Shown: positions 9,582-18,884 of the stretch, piece by piece
Layout of the letters: each line of letters starts with the position of its first letter
Position numbering within the stretch: the first letter of the stretch is position 1
DNA from: Candidatus Caldarchaeum sp.
GTDB taxonomy: Archaea; Thermoproteota; Nitrososphaeria_A; Caldarchaeales; Caldarchaeaceae
Reading direction: 5' to 3'
Length of the DNA: 64,000 nucleotides
Assembly: GCA_038831915.1 (NCBI GenBank)
Contig: JAWBKB010000001.1
Coordinates: 122,172 to 186,171 of the forward strand
The notes under the pieces: model-generated
Databases searched by the model: none
The model's input: only the letters and a program-made list of their open reading frames with translations
Told to the model about the DNA's origin: nothing
Program-made: the position numbers and the translations under genes

Positions 9582-10247
9582 GTGACGACTTTGGACGAGA
9601 TACCGAAGACATGGGAATGGGTCGTTTGTCGAAAATGCGGGACAAAAACACTAAAAGCAAAATTCTGCATGAGATGCGGCGCCGAGCTAGTTTACCGTCC
9701 TAAAGTTTCGCGGTCTTATGTTTTCGATGCTTTGGTTGTAGGTGAAGACACGGTTGGAAAATCGACGTTCATAGAAAAAATTACGTCAACTGGCGAAGTT
9801 GTGTCCCGGCAGCCTCCGTCCGATGGATTATCAGCGATATGGGTGTTGAGGGATGTTGAAGTAATTATCACATTCGTAGAGAAATCCGCTGTCGATTTTA
9901 GACCAAATGACCAGATGAACGCGCTTCTTCTCCTTTTCGATTTAACAAATACTTTGACGTTTGTTAAATGTTTCAGAGTGCTTAAGATGGTTAAGGCGAT
10001 GGAGGATAAGTTCAACACTTATTTGGTTGGAAACAAAGCCGATTTGATTGTTGACCGAGCTGTGCGACGTGAAGAAGCAGTTAAAGCCGCGAATGAATTC
10101 GGCGTAAGCTATTTCGAGGTTTCCAGCATTTCGGCTGAGGGGATCAACTCATTACGGCAAACATTAATTAAAGACCTTCTGCAGTTTCGTCTAGAAACAG
10201 TAAAAAGAGTGTTGAAACGTGATGGACGATTCGCTTCTCAGACGTAA
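9582..10247 (+). CDS. Zn-ribbon-fused Ras/Rab-like small GTPase (G3 degenerate)
   Basis: CRKC-x9-CMRC; GEDTVGKST (G1); LLLFDLTN; LVGNKADL (G4); YFEVSS (G5). Confidence 0.82.
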   Translation: MTTLDEIPKTWEWVVCRKCGTKTLKAKFCMRCGAELVYRPKVSRSYVFDALVVGEDTVGKSTFIEKITSTGEVVSRQPPSDGLSAIWVLRDVEVIITFVEKSAVDFRPNDQMNALLLLFDLTNTLTFVKCFRVLKMVKAMEDKFNTYLVGNKADLIVDRAVRREEAVKAANEFGVSYFEVSSISAEGINSLRQTLIKDLLQFRLETVKRVLKRDGRFASQT

Positions 10248-11241
10248 AGATGTATGGTCGTTGCTTAACTATTTGGACAAAACTCAAACCGAGATGCTTG
10301 ACCCCGTTCTGGAGAGAGGCATATACAGATACCCGGTGGTCGAGGAATTCGTCAAAGACGATGTTGACTCGGTTTTGGAAGGTTTGGCTGACCTCGGTTT
10401 TCTGCAGAGGCAGCTCTTAGACTCCGTTATGAGCTGCCCCGCGTGCGAAGGTTTTTCACATCTTTTGAAGCCAGTTTGTCCCACATGCAGCTCAGGACGG
10501 TTGATGAAGGGAAACGTCATCGAACATCTCCTATGTGGATACGTCGACTTTGAACATGAATTCCTGTCGCATGGATTCAAATGCATAAAGTGCGGAAAAG
10601 AACTGAAGACTTTGGGAGTAGACTATCGAAAAACAGGAGTGTTCTTCAAATGCATTTCATGTGGAAGAATAACGGCGGTCCCTATCAGACGTTACATCTG
10701 CACCAATTGCGGCAGGGCAAACATGGAGGAAGAACTGAACCTGAAACCTGTCTACCGATACATTGTTGTAAAAGAAAAGTTTCCACTTCTCAAGGGAATC
10801 TTCTACGACTTATCCCCACTGATAGATTACATAGCTGCTAAGGGATACATGGTGCAGTCACCAGCGAAAATAGTCGGCACTTCGGGAGTCACTCACGAGT
10901 TCACATTGTACATTAACGTGTGGGGGCAGGTTATTTCCTCAGGACTCGTCGTAGACATCGTAAGCGAGGTCAGCGAAGAAAAAATCTACGAATTCTTCAC
11001 GAAATGCTTAGACGTAAAAGCAGGGGCGTCACTGCTTCTTGTCGTCGGCCAAGCGAGCGAAAAAGCGCGAAAACTCGCCTCAACCTTCAACATTAGGCTC
11101 GCCGAATTCGTAACAGTCGACGAACTGATTGAAAAATCAAAGACGATAATCGAGGAGTTGCTGGAACGTCTGCGTGAAAAAGAACTTATGTCTGAAGCCG
11201 GTTTTCTGGAAGACCTACTGCGTGAACTCGAAAAGAAATAA
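10219..11241 (+). CDS. TackOD1-like multi-zinc-finger protein with C-terminal restriction-endonuclease-like domain
   Basis: YRYP..LEGLADLGFL (wHTH-like), CPAC, CPTC, EHLLCGY, CIKC..LGVDY, CISC, CTNC; IVGTSGVTHEF motif. Confidence 0.72.
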   Translation: MMDDSLLRRKDVWSLLNYLDKTQTEMLDPVLERGIYRYPVVEEFVKDDVDSVLEGLADLGFLQRQLLDSVMSCPACEGFSHLLKPVCPTCSSGRLMKGNVIEHLLCGYVDFEHEFLSHGFKCIKCGKELKTLGVDYRKTGVFFKCISCGRITAVPIRRYICTNCGRANMEEELNLKPVYRYIVVKEKFPLLKGIFYDLSPLIDYIAAKGYMVQSPAKIVGTSGVTHEFTLYINVWGQVISSGLVVDIVSEVSEEKIYEFFTKCLDVKAGASLLLVVGQASEKARKLASTFNIRLAEFVTVDELIEKSKTIIEELLERLREKELMSEAGFLEDLLRELEKK

Positions 11242-11602
11242 GCATAGCGGCCAACTCGTAGGTTCTTACAAAAACTGACTTCTCCCATGGTATGGTTTGC
11301 TGCACTGGTTCAACGATGGGTTTTGTTCGTCTGATTTCACCATCCATAGTAATCTGCCATCGAGTCTTTCATGATGATTGGATTAGTCCCGAAACAATAG
11401 CTCTTGAACCAAATTTAACGCTATAGAATCTTGACCCAAAGGGTTTTGGCGTTCAACCCCTTTGTGATGGTTCGCATAGCTGTTAAGATCTAACACGGCT
11501 GCTGTAGTTTTTCTGCACCCCTATTTAGTGCCTGTGTTCATGGTCAACCATGTCTTTGACACAGGTCAGGCGAAAAATGTTTTAGAATCAGGTTAAAACG
11601 CT

Positions 11603-12409
11603 GTGTCCATGGTTGATAGAAGAGAAGCAGCTGCATCTGGATTAGCGGTCTTCTCTATCGCCTTGATACTGATGGAGTATTTCTTTGAGCTTGGCGTCGA
11701 TCAATTTTTTGTGATTCTGGTTGTTGATGGAATCGTTGTCACAGCTTTGTTCGCGGAATTGTTGATGAGAGCCCGTGAATCAGGTCGGCTTGGCGTTTAC
11801 ATGTTACGACATTGGTACGAGGTTTTGGCGCTGGTTCCGCTGGCATTTTTCTACTTCATCGAAACATACACAGTGCTCGGTGCTTCAATCAGAGCGTTGA
11901 GGCTTTCGAGGGCTTTGCGGCTGCTTTTAGTATTGGCTCGGACGAGGAAAACTCTGAACTATGTGGTCGAAATCGTGAAAATTAGCAGGCTCGGATACTT
12001 GTTCGCCGTCTCTGCCGCCATGGTTTTTGCTGGGACGATTTCCGCTTTCCTCCTCGAAGTAGGTGTAGCGGACTCGAAAATTAGAGACCTAGGGGACGCG
12101 TTTTGGTGGGCCTTAGCAACGGTTACGACCGTCGGCTACGGCGATGTTGTCCCTGTCACGCCTTTAGGACGCGTGATCGGCTCAATACTCATGATTACGG
12201 GAATCGCTATACTCGGCGTCTTCATCTCCTCGCTCGGCTCCACTTTATTGTCGATTTCAAAACCACCGACGTCGCCGCTTCAAGAAATGAAAGATTTTGT
12301 GAAAAACAAGGTCGACATCATCGAGAACTTATCAGAGAAGGATGTAAACGAGCTGGTGGAATTAATAAGAATGCTTCACGCTATCAATTCAAGTAGGTCC
12401 GGCAGATAG
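11603..12409 (+). CDS. Voltage-gated type potassium channel (6TM)
   Basis: DAFWWALATVTTVGYGD filter; S4-like IRALRLSRALR. Confidence 0.93.
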   Translation: MSMVDRREAAASGLAVFSIALILMEYFFELGVDQFFVILVVDGIVVTALFAELLMRARESGRLGVYMLRHWYEVLALVPLAFFYFIETYTVLGASIRALRLSRALRLLLVLARTRKTLNYVVEIVKISRLGYLFAVSAAMVFAGTISAFLLEVGVADSKIRDLGDAFWWALATVTTVGYGDVVPVTPLGRVIGSILMITGIAILGVFISSLGSTLLSISKPPTSPLQEMKDFVKNKVDIIENLSEKDVNELVELIRMLHAINSSRSGR

Positions 12410-12413
12410 CGAA

Positions 12414-13544
12414 ATGTCGACTGGTCTCAGAATTGTGTTGATAATCGGGCTTCTGTCGCTTTTTGGCGACTTTGTCTACGAAGGCGGACGCTCAGTATTG
12501 CCGGACTACATGCGTCAACTCGGAATGAACGCCTTCCTCATCGGATTGGTCCTCGGCTTCGCCGAATTCGCGGGATGGGCTGTGAGGCCTTTGGGCGGAT
12601 ACATCGCCGACCGAACTAGGAAATACGCTTTGATGGTGCGGCTTGGATACGCAGGTCTGATCATCATACCCTTGATGGGAGTTTTTCCAGTGTGGTGGGC
12701 CATCGCCATATTCGCGGTATTGGAGAGAATATTCAGAGGGTTGCGAACCCCTCCGAGGGACGCGATGCTGGCGAAGTTGAGAGGAAACGTGGGTTTGGGA
12801 ACAACGTTTGGCATACACGAGCTTCTTGACCAAGTTGGTGCGGCTGCAGGACCGTTACTGGCCATCGCCGTTCTCGCAGCCTTCCAGTCCACGCAGTACG
12901 TATTCTTCTTTATGGCGATCCCATACATCGCATTGCTTATTACATTGACCCGTGTTCCAAACTACAAAGAACCATTTAATATCAAACCGGAAATCAAGCC
13001 TTCCAGAGCCGTGGCGCTTTATTCCGCTGCCGCAGGCTTTAACGCGGCTGGACTTTTGCCGCTTCCGTTAGTCCTTTTCATGGTGTCAGTGGTAGAAGGA
13101 GAAGGTTCATGGCTAGTTCCCGCTGCCTACACACTGGCTATGGTCATAGACGCTGTCGCGGGTCTAGTGTTTGGAAGAGCATTCGACAGATGGGGTGCTT
13201 CGGTTGTTCTAACGGCGGTCGCCGTGTCGATTTTCCCACCTCTTCTTATCTATTCATCCACAAACCTGTTGATGTTGGCGGCGTTGTTGATAGGCATGGT
13301 CATCGGAGCTCAAGAATCGATTTTCAGGGCTGCGGTCGCTCATCTTTCAAACAAAAGCGGTTTGAGCTATGCTTACGCGTTATATGGTCTGGGGTTGGGA
13401 ACGGGGGGAGCAGTCGCGGGAATCATCTACGGCTACATGATACAGATAAACGCACCGATAGCTTTCATGTTTCTTTATGCAGTCGTTGCACAAACAGCTG
13501 CGGCAACACTACTGGTAAAAATATTCAGAATGAGCAAGAGTTAA
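12414..13544 (+). CDS. MFS transporter
   Basis: About 12 TM; GYIADRT, ERIFRGLRTPPRDA, GRAFDRWG. Confidence 0.9.
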   Translation: MSTGLRIVLIIGLLSLFGDFVYEGGRSVLPDYMRQLGMNAFLIGLVLGFAEFAGWAVRPLGGYIADRTRKYALMVRLGYAGLIIIPLMGVFPVWWAIAIFAVLERIFRGLRTPPRDAMLAKLRGNVGLGTTFGIHELLDQVGAAAGPLLAIAVLAAFQSTQYVFFFMAIPYIALLITLTRVPNYKEPFNIKPEIKPSRAVALYSAAAGFNAAGLLPLPLVLFMVSVVEGEGSWLVPAAYTLAMVIDAVAGLVFGRAFDRWGASVVLTAVAVSIFPPLLIYSSTNLLMLAALLIGMVIGAQESIFRAAVAHLSNKSGLSYAYALYGLGLGTGGAVAGIIYGYMIQINAPIAFMFLYAVVAQTAAATLLVKIFRMSKS

Positions 13545-13572
13545 TTGCCGCTAAATTACTTCCATACCACAA

Positions 13573-14523
13573 ATGCTGAATTTGCACACTGTATACTACG
13601 CGAAGAAAATCATCGGCAAATACTTGAAACCAACGCCGTTGATGTACTCCAAAGGACTTTCTCGCAAACTCGGTGCTGAAATCTACTTTAAGCTGGAAAA
13701 CCACAACCCCACTCATTCATTCAAGATAAGGGGAGGAATCTATTTAATGAATCAGCTACGTGACAAGGTTCGCGGTGTTGTAACCGCCTCGATGGGTAAC
13801 CACGCTCAGTCAATTGCGTATGCGGGTTTGGTTTTCGGGGTCTACACGGTCGTGGTGATGCCGGACTGGGTTTCTGAAATAAAGAAACAAGCCGTGGAAG
13901 AGCTTGGAGCGAAAATCATTACGTATGGTTCTTACTATGACGAATCAGCTGCATACGCCGAAAAATACGCAAAGGAACATGGGCTCTATTTTGTCGACGG
14001 AATAAACGAAGAAAACCTATACCCAGGCGTGGCCACTATGCATCTAGAAGTAGTTGAAGAGCTGCCGGACCTGGATGTTTTCATCAACCCATTAGGCGGA
14101 GGTTCAGGCGCGATTGGAGCTGTGACGGTGTATAAATCGATAAACCCATCCATCAAGCTTTATGCAGTCCAGTCCGAAGGAGCCCCCGCGTTCTACCTAT
14201 CCTGGAAAAGTGGGAAATTGGTGTCGACGGATGGAGTGAAAACCAGGGCTGAAGGCCTTGCCGTGGCAAAAGCATACGCTCGGCCTTTCGAGCTTCTAAG
14301 AAACAAGCTGGATGATGTTTTGCTCGTTTCGGACGATGAAATGGAGAGAGCGGTGGTGGAAATTTATCAGTCAGTCCGGGAAGTAGCCGAACTTGCCGGA
14401 GCCGCTTCAACCGCCGCCGCATTCAAATACGCGGAGCTGCTTAGAGGCAAAACCGTTGTTCTCAACCTGACCGGCGCAAACATCGATCACAGAAAGTTTG
14501 CAGAAATCTTGTCTAAACATTAG
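13573..14523 (+). CDS. PLP-dependent threonine/serine dehydratase family (no ACT domain)
   Basis: TPL, KLENHNPTHSFKIRG, ASMGNHAQ, PLGGGS. Confidence 0.88.
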   Translation: MLNLHTVYYAKKIIGKYLKPTPLMYSKGLSRKLGAEIYFKLENHNPTHSFKIRGGIYLMNQLRDKVRGVVTASMGNHAQSIAYAGLVFGVYTVVVMPDWVSEIKKQAVEELGAKIITYGSYYDESAAYAEKYAKEHGLYFVDGINEENLYPGVATMHLEVVEELPDLDVFINPLGGGSGAIGAVTVYKSINPSIKLYAVQSEGAPAFYLSWKSGKLVSTDGVKTRAEGLAVAKAYARPFELLRNKLDDVLLVSDDEMERAVVEIYQSVREVAELAGAASTAAAFKYAELLRGKTVVLNLTGANIDHRKFAEILSKH

Positions 14524-14565
14524 CCTAAATACTGGAGTTGAAATTCTATCGTCGGTGTCGACATC

Positions 14566-14901
14566 ATGGGTAAGCGGAAGATAGTGTCGGAGCCTGACGA
14601 GCTCGACCAGTTGGTTGAGCCAGGGCCAGGCGACGTCTACGGTGTGGTGAGCAAGATGTATGGCTATGACCGGTTGTTGGTCGACTGTGCAGACGGCAAG
14701 CAAAGGATTTGCCGAATCCGTGGCCAGCTCAAACGTAGAATATGGATTAAGGAAGGTGATTTGGTTCTTGTTTCGCCTTGGGATTTTCAGAGTGAAAGCC
14801 GAGGCGATGTTTGGTGGCGGTTCACTCACAACCAAGCACTCGAACTCGCAAAAAAAGGCGTAATCCCTGATTTTTTGAAGGCGAAGCTCGGCGCGTCTTA
14901 G
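14566..14901 (+). CDS. eif1a: Translation initiation factor aIF-1A
   Basis: CADGKQRICRIRGQLKRRIWIKEGDLVLVSPWDFQ. Confidence 0.95.
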   Translation: MGKRKIVSEPDELDQLVEPGPGDVYGVVSKMYGYDRLLVDCADGKQRICRIRGQLKRRIWIKEGDLVLVSPWDFQSESRGDVWWRFTHNQALELAKKGVIPDFLKAKLGAS

Positions 14902-16487
14902 TTAACGTCGATGAGTTTAGTTACGACTCCTATTCCTTTTGTTTTGCCTTCTCGGAAAACAAATTTGTCTCCGACCCTAATGAAAAACGGCCGGTATTTG
15001 AAGCGCATTTCCACTTTGCCTGATTCGCCTGCTTTTAGATATTGTTTGTCGAGCATTTTTAGGCGTGCTGTGGATGCTATTGTGTGGATGTGGACGATTG
15101 GTTCGTAGCCGTCCCCTATTCTCGTGGGATGCGAAAGGACTGTGATGTCGGCCTCGAAGGACCACACACTTCTGGGGCTGAGTGCGGGGTCGCAGAGAAT
15201 CATGCCTCTTTCAAGCAATTCCTCTTTGATGCCTTTTATGGCTATTCCGACGATGTATCCTGGCTCGGCCTCCGTCAGCCGTGTATAGTGCATCTCAATG
15301 CTTCTCGCCTTCACTGGGATAAACTGACCGGCACGGGTTGGGCCCACGAGCAAATCAGCTCCCGCAGACAAGCTTCCCTGCTTAACGGAGCCCGAAACAA
15401 CGCTTCCAACTCCTTCTACGTTGTAGACACGGTCAATGTATAGCAGAAACGGCATGTCTTTTCGTTTCGTTCTCGGCGGCAGCCTGCGGAGAAGTGTGTA
15501 GACAAGGTCGTATCCCGTCCTTGTAACTGACGATGTTTTAATTACAGGGACTATGACTGAAATCTTATCGACTACGAGGTCGATGTCTTGCTCGGTTTTG
15601 ACGGCGTAAGGCACTCGGCCTACTCTTTTCAGCAGACTGAATATTTCTTCCTCCGCTTCATCTGTTCTGGCGGGGTCGACTTTGTCGGTTTTTGTGATAA
15701 CTACTATAACTGGTAGACCCATCGCTAACATGATGCCGAGATGCTCTCTGGAAATGTGTGTTGGGCCGTCGTCGGCAGCCACGATTAGAATTCCGTAATC
15801 GATTTCCTGTCCGAGAATTCCTCTTATCGTGGTTCTCAGCCACGGCTCGTGTCCAACGGTGTCGACGAAACTAACGAGTTTGTCTGATTCGCTTGTCACT
15901 CGGATTCTCTCAGATTTGTCGAGAGGATTTTTCATGAGGTTCGGTGTGGAGCCTTTGAACCCGAGAACTATGAAATGCAAATCCGCTGACAAATTTCTCT
16001 CCACTTCATGAGGTAGCGTGTCCAAATAGAGCCATTTGTTACCATCATCTTTTTCGCCTGTAATTAGGCATGCGAGGAATGTCGATTTGCCGTGGTTAAC
16101 GTGCCCCGCGACAGAAACCACGATATGGTTAGCGCTTGGCCTCGACCGCATCGAGATGATGACGCGTGAAATCACGCCGCCGTTTGACTCGAACTTCTCC
16201 ACTCTGTCTATTGTCGCGCCGCATTCAGAAGCCACCTGCCTCAGAACGCTCAGGCTTTCTTCGAGCTCGTATTCGGAAATGCCGGCCGCTGAACCATCGT
16301 CCTTAACCCCCACTACGTAGACAGCGGTTCCATCGCCGCTTTCCAAACGATACTTCATCTGGCTAGCGAGCTTCTGCTTCTTTTCAGTCCGGAGATGTAT
16401 TTCGGGAATAAGCTTCTCCTTAAACTCGATATGCTGTTTTTCAGCTTTGGGAAGTGAAAACCGCCGGCCCTCGGTCAATCCAAACAA
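14898..16487 (-). CDS. GTPBP1-family translational GTPase (aGTPBP)
   Basis: QMKYRL..GDG..AVYVVGV N-domain; GHVNHGKST, DTVGHE, TKTD, FREGKTKGIG. Confidence 0.9.
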   Translation of the reverse strand: MFGLTEGRRFSLPKAEKQHIEFKEKLIPEIHLRTEKKQKLASQMKYRLESGDGTAVYVVGVKDDGSAAGISEYELEESLSVLRQVASECGATIDRVEKFESNGGVISRVIISMRSRPSANHIVVSVAGHVNHGKSTFLACLITGEKDDGNKWLYLDTLPHEVERNLSADLHFIVLGFKGSTPNLMKNPLDKSERIRVTSESDKLVSFVDTVGHEPWLRTTIRGILGQEIDYGILIVAADDGPTHISREHLGIMLAMGLPVIVVITKTDKVDPARTDEAEEEIFSLLKRVGRVPYAVKTEQDIDLVVDKISVIVPVIKTSSVTRTGYDLVYTLLRRLPPRTKRKDMPFLLYIDRVYNVEGVGSVVSGSVKQGSLSAGADLLVGPTRAGQFIPVKARSIEMHYTRLTEAEPGYIVGIAIKGIKEELLERGMILCDPALSPRSVWSFEADITVLSHPTRIGDGYEPIVHIHTIASTARLKMLDKQYLKAGESGKVEMRFKYRPFFIRVGDKFVFREGKTKGIGVVTKLIDVN

Positions 16488-16490
16488 CCG

Positions 16491-16721
16491 TCAATGCATC
16501 ACAATCAACGAAACCACTGATGTAATGTTTTCAATCTTCTTAACCCGGTTGTTAACTACCTGTTTCAACCCCTCCATCGATTCAGCTTCAACCTTAACCA
16601 CGGTGTCGTAAACGCCGTAAACTCTCTGAGCTTCCTTAACCTCTTTGATTGAACGCAGAAGGCTCAGAACCTCATCCTCTTTACCCGGCCTTACGTTGAG
16701 AAGGAGAAAAGCAATAGGCAT
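16491..16721 (-). CDS. Lrp/AsnC ligand-binding (RAM) domain protein without HTH
   Basis: AFLLLNVRPG..VYGVYDTVVKVEA; 76 aa. Confidence 0.9.
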   Translation of the reverse strand: MPIAFLLLNVRPGKEDEVLSLLRSIKEVKEAQRVYGVYDTVVKVEAESMEGLKQVVNNRVKKIENITSVVSLIVMH

Positions 16722-16774
16722 ACACTCGCCCGTCTATACAATGCTCCAGCTTGTATAAATATTTGTAAAAAAAG

Positions 16775-17140
16775 CTACTTGAATTTGTACCCGCAAAAGT
16801 AACACACTGCTGCGTCGACTTCGTTGAGAGCTCGACAGCTGGGACAGTGGAAAGACGTTACAAGCTTGATCTCCTCTTTCTTCTTTCTTTCGCGTTCTTC
16901 AACGGGTGTCGGAAGGCAAACAAGTGTTTCGACTTGGACAACATTCGGCTGCTTAGAGACAATCTCATAAACCCTTTGTGATAGTTCGTCTAAACTCGAT
17001 GCTGAAACAAAGAGAACTGCGTCAAACCTTCCGAAAACGCTGTGGGCCTGAATTACTCCCGGCATGGTTCTCATCGACACTATTTGATGGGAGGTGCCTG
17101 GCTCGGTTCTGACCAGAACGTAGGCAAAAACCTTCGTCAT
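16775..17140 (-). CDS. Lrp/AsnC RAM domain protein with C-terminal zinc ribbon
   Basis: AYVLVRTEPG..VFGRFDAV..VETLV; CPSC-x10-CYFC. Confidence 0.87.
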   Translation of the reverse strand: MTKVFAYVLVRTEPGTSHQIVSMRTMPGVIQAHSVFGRFDAVLFVSASSLDELSQRVYEIVSKQPNVVQVETLVCLPTPVEERERKKKEEIKLVTSFHCPSCRALNEVDAAVCYFCGYKFK

Positions 17141-17400
17141 CGCTTATTCCCGCTAAACATCACAATACACGTTTCTGTTTTCAGCACGTTAGGGATTTTC
17201 TCGATAACTTTGTACAAAACCTGCGAAAGCGTCTCCAAATTTTCGACTTCGAGAGTTATTATGGCATCGTAGCGTCCAAAAACAGAGTCCGCTGCTACGA
17301 CTCCTTTAACCTCGGATGCTTTTTTGAGGAAGTTGACGATGTCTTCGGACGTGCCGGGCTTAGCCGAAACCAGAACATATGCCTTTACCATCTGTTTCAC
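17137..17400 (-). CDS. Lrp/AsnC RAM domain protein without HTH
   Basis: KAYVLVSAKPG..VFGRYDAIITLE..TETCIV; overlaps the glnA stop. Confidence 0.88.
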   Translation of the reverse strand: MKQMVKAYVLVSAKPGTSEDIVNFLKKASEVKGVVAADSVFGRYDAIITLEVENLETLSQVLYKVIEKIPNVLKTETCIVMFSGNKR

Positions 17401-18845
17401 ACATCGAAGTAGAGGTAGAACTCATAGGGATGTGGCTTCGTAGTGACGTCGATAAACGATTTCAGCTGAAGCTCCGTCATGGTATCGATCAAGTCATTGG
17501 TGAAAACCGGTTTGAGGAATTCGCTATCGCTTAAAAGCTCTTCGACTGCTTCGCGGAGAGACCCAGGCAGCTCACGTATGCCAAGCTGTTTACGTCTTTC
17601 CGGGTCTAACTTGTAAATATCCTCGTTCACCGGGTCGCCTGGGTCGATTTTCTTTTTTATTCCGTCGGCGCCGGCGGCAGCCATGGCTGCAAAGCAGAAG
17701 TACGGGTTGCATGACGGGTCGGGTGTCCTAAATTCGATGCGCTTGCTTTTACTGTTCTGCTTACCCCTATAATAGACCGGTACTCGGACGTTCGCCGACC
17801 TGTTAGCTCGGCTCCATGCTATGAAGACGGGTGCTTCGTATCCGGGCACGAGTCTACGGTATGAGTTTGTTGTCGGGTTTGTGATTGCGGTTAACGCTCT
17901 GCTGTGTTCGAGAAGTCCGCCGATGAAGTATCTGCCTGTTTGGCTGAGCTCGGCGTAGGAATCGTTTTCGTCGTAGAATGTGTTTACGCCATCTTTCCAA
18001 AGGCTGACGTGAACATGCATGCCTGAAGCGTTATCTCCAAAAATCGGCTTCGGCATAAAAGTCGCGACCATTCCCATGGAGCTGGCAACTACCCTCGAAA
18101 CGTATTTGTACGTCTGAGCTTTGTCAGCCATTCGTCTCAATGTGTCGAACCGCATGTCGATTTCGCACTGACCCGCAGTCGCGACCTCGTGGTGATGACC
18201 TTCAATTTCGACGCCGAAGAAATCAGTCAGTATTCTGCTGACTTCATTGCGGTAGTCCATCAACGTGTCCTGAGGCGGCGCAGGGTAATAGCCTTCTTTG
18301 AACCGTATCGGGTAGCTGTTGCCTCCGCTATTCCACGCAGCTTCTCGTGATTCAATTTTGTAGCTGACGCCTTCGAAAGGAGATTTGACGTCCCAGTGAA
18401 CTTTGTCGAAGACGAAGAATTCGATTTCAGGGCCCCAGTAAGACGCGTCGAAACCAAGAGCTTTCAAAGCTTCCTCTGCTTTTTGCGCGACGAACCTAGG
18501 GTCTCTGCTAAACCTTCCACCACCAAACCCTCTGTAAACATCGCAAATCATACGCGCCGTCTTCTTGTCGTCGGAAGTCCATGGAAGAATCGCGAACGTC
18601 GACGGGTCTGGCTTCAAAACCATGTCGGATTCATAGATTTCGCTGAAACCCCGGAGCGATGAGCCGTCAAGCTTTGCGACTCCGTTTTCGAAAACATCTT
18701 CCTTCAACGAACTGGCGCTGATGGTGATGTGATGTAGCTTTCCCGGGACGTCGGTGAGCTGGAGGTCGATGTACCTAATGCCATGTCGCTGGACGAAGTC
18801 GATCACTTCTATCGACGATGCCGGAAACTTTTTACCACCTTCCAT
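17397..18845 (-). CDS. glnA: Glutamine synthetase type I
   Basis: DGSS, GPEIEFF, HHHEVA, TFMPKP, GMHVH, RLVPGYEAP, RIEFRTPDP. Confidence 0.97.
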   Translation of the reverse strand: MEGGKKFPASSIEVIDFVQRHGIRYIDLQLTDVPGKLHHITISASSLKEDVFENGVAKLDGSSLRGFSEIYESDMVLKPDPSTFAILPWTSDDKKTARMICDVYRGFGGGRFSRDPRFVAQKAEEALKALGFDASYWGPEIEFFVFDKVHWDVKSPFEGVSYKIESREAAWNSGGNSYPIRFKEGYYPAPPQDTLMDYRNEVSRILTDFFGVEIEGHHHEVATAGQCEIDMRFDTLRRMADKAQTYKYVSRVVASSMGMVATFMPKPIFGDNASGMHVHVSLWKDGVNTFYDENDSYAELSQTGRYFIGGLLEHSRALTAITNPTTNSYRRLVPGYEAPVFIAWSRANRSANVRVPVYYRGKQNSKSKRIEFRTPDPSCNPYFCFAAMAAAGADGIKKKIDPGDPVNEDIYKLDPERRKQLGIRELPGSLREAVEELLSDSEFLKPVFTNDLIDTMTELQLKSFIDVTTKPHPYEFYLYFDV

Positions 18846-18884
18846 ATAATTTCACCATCATCACGAATGCATTTTACGCAAAAA

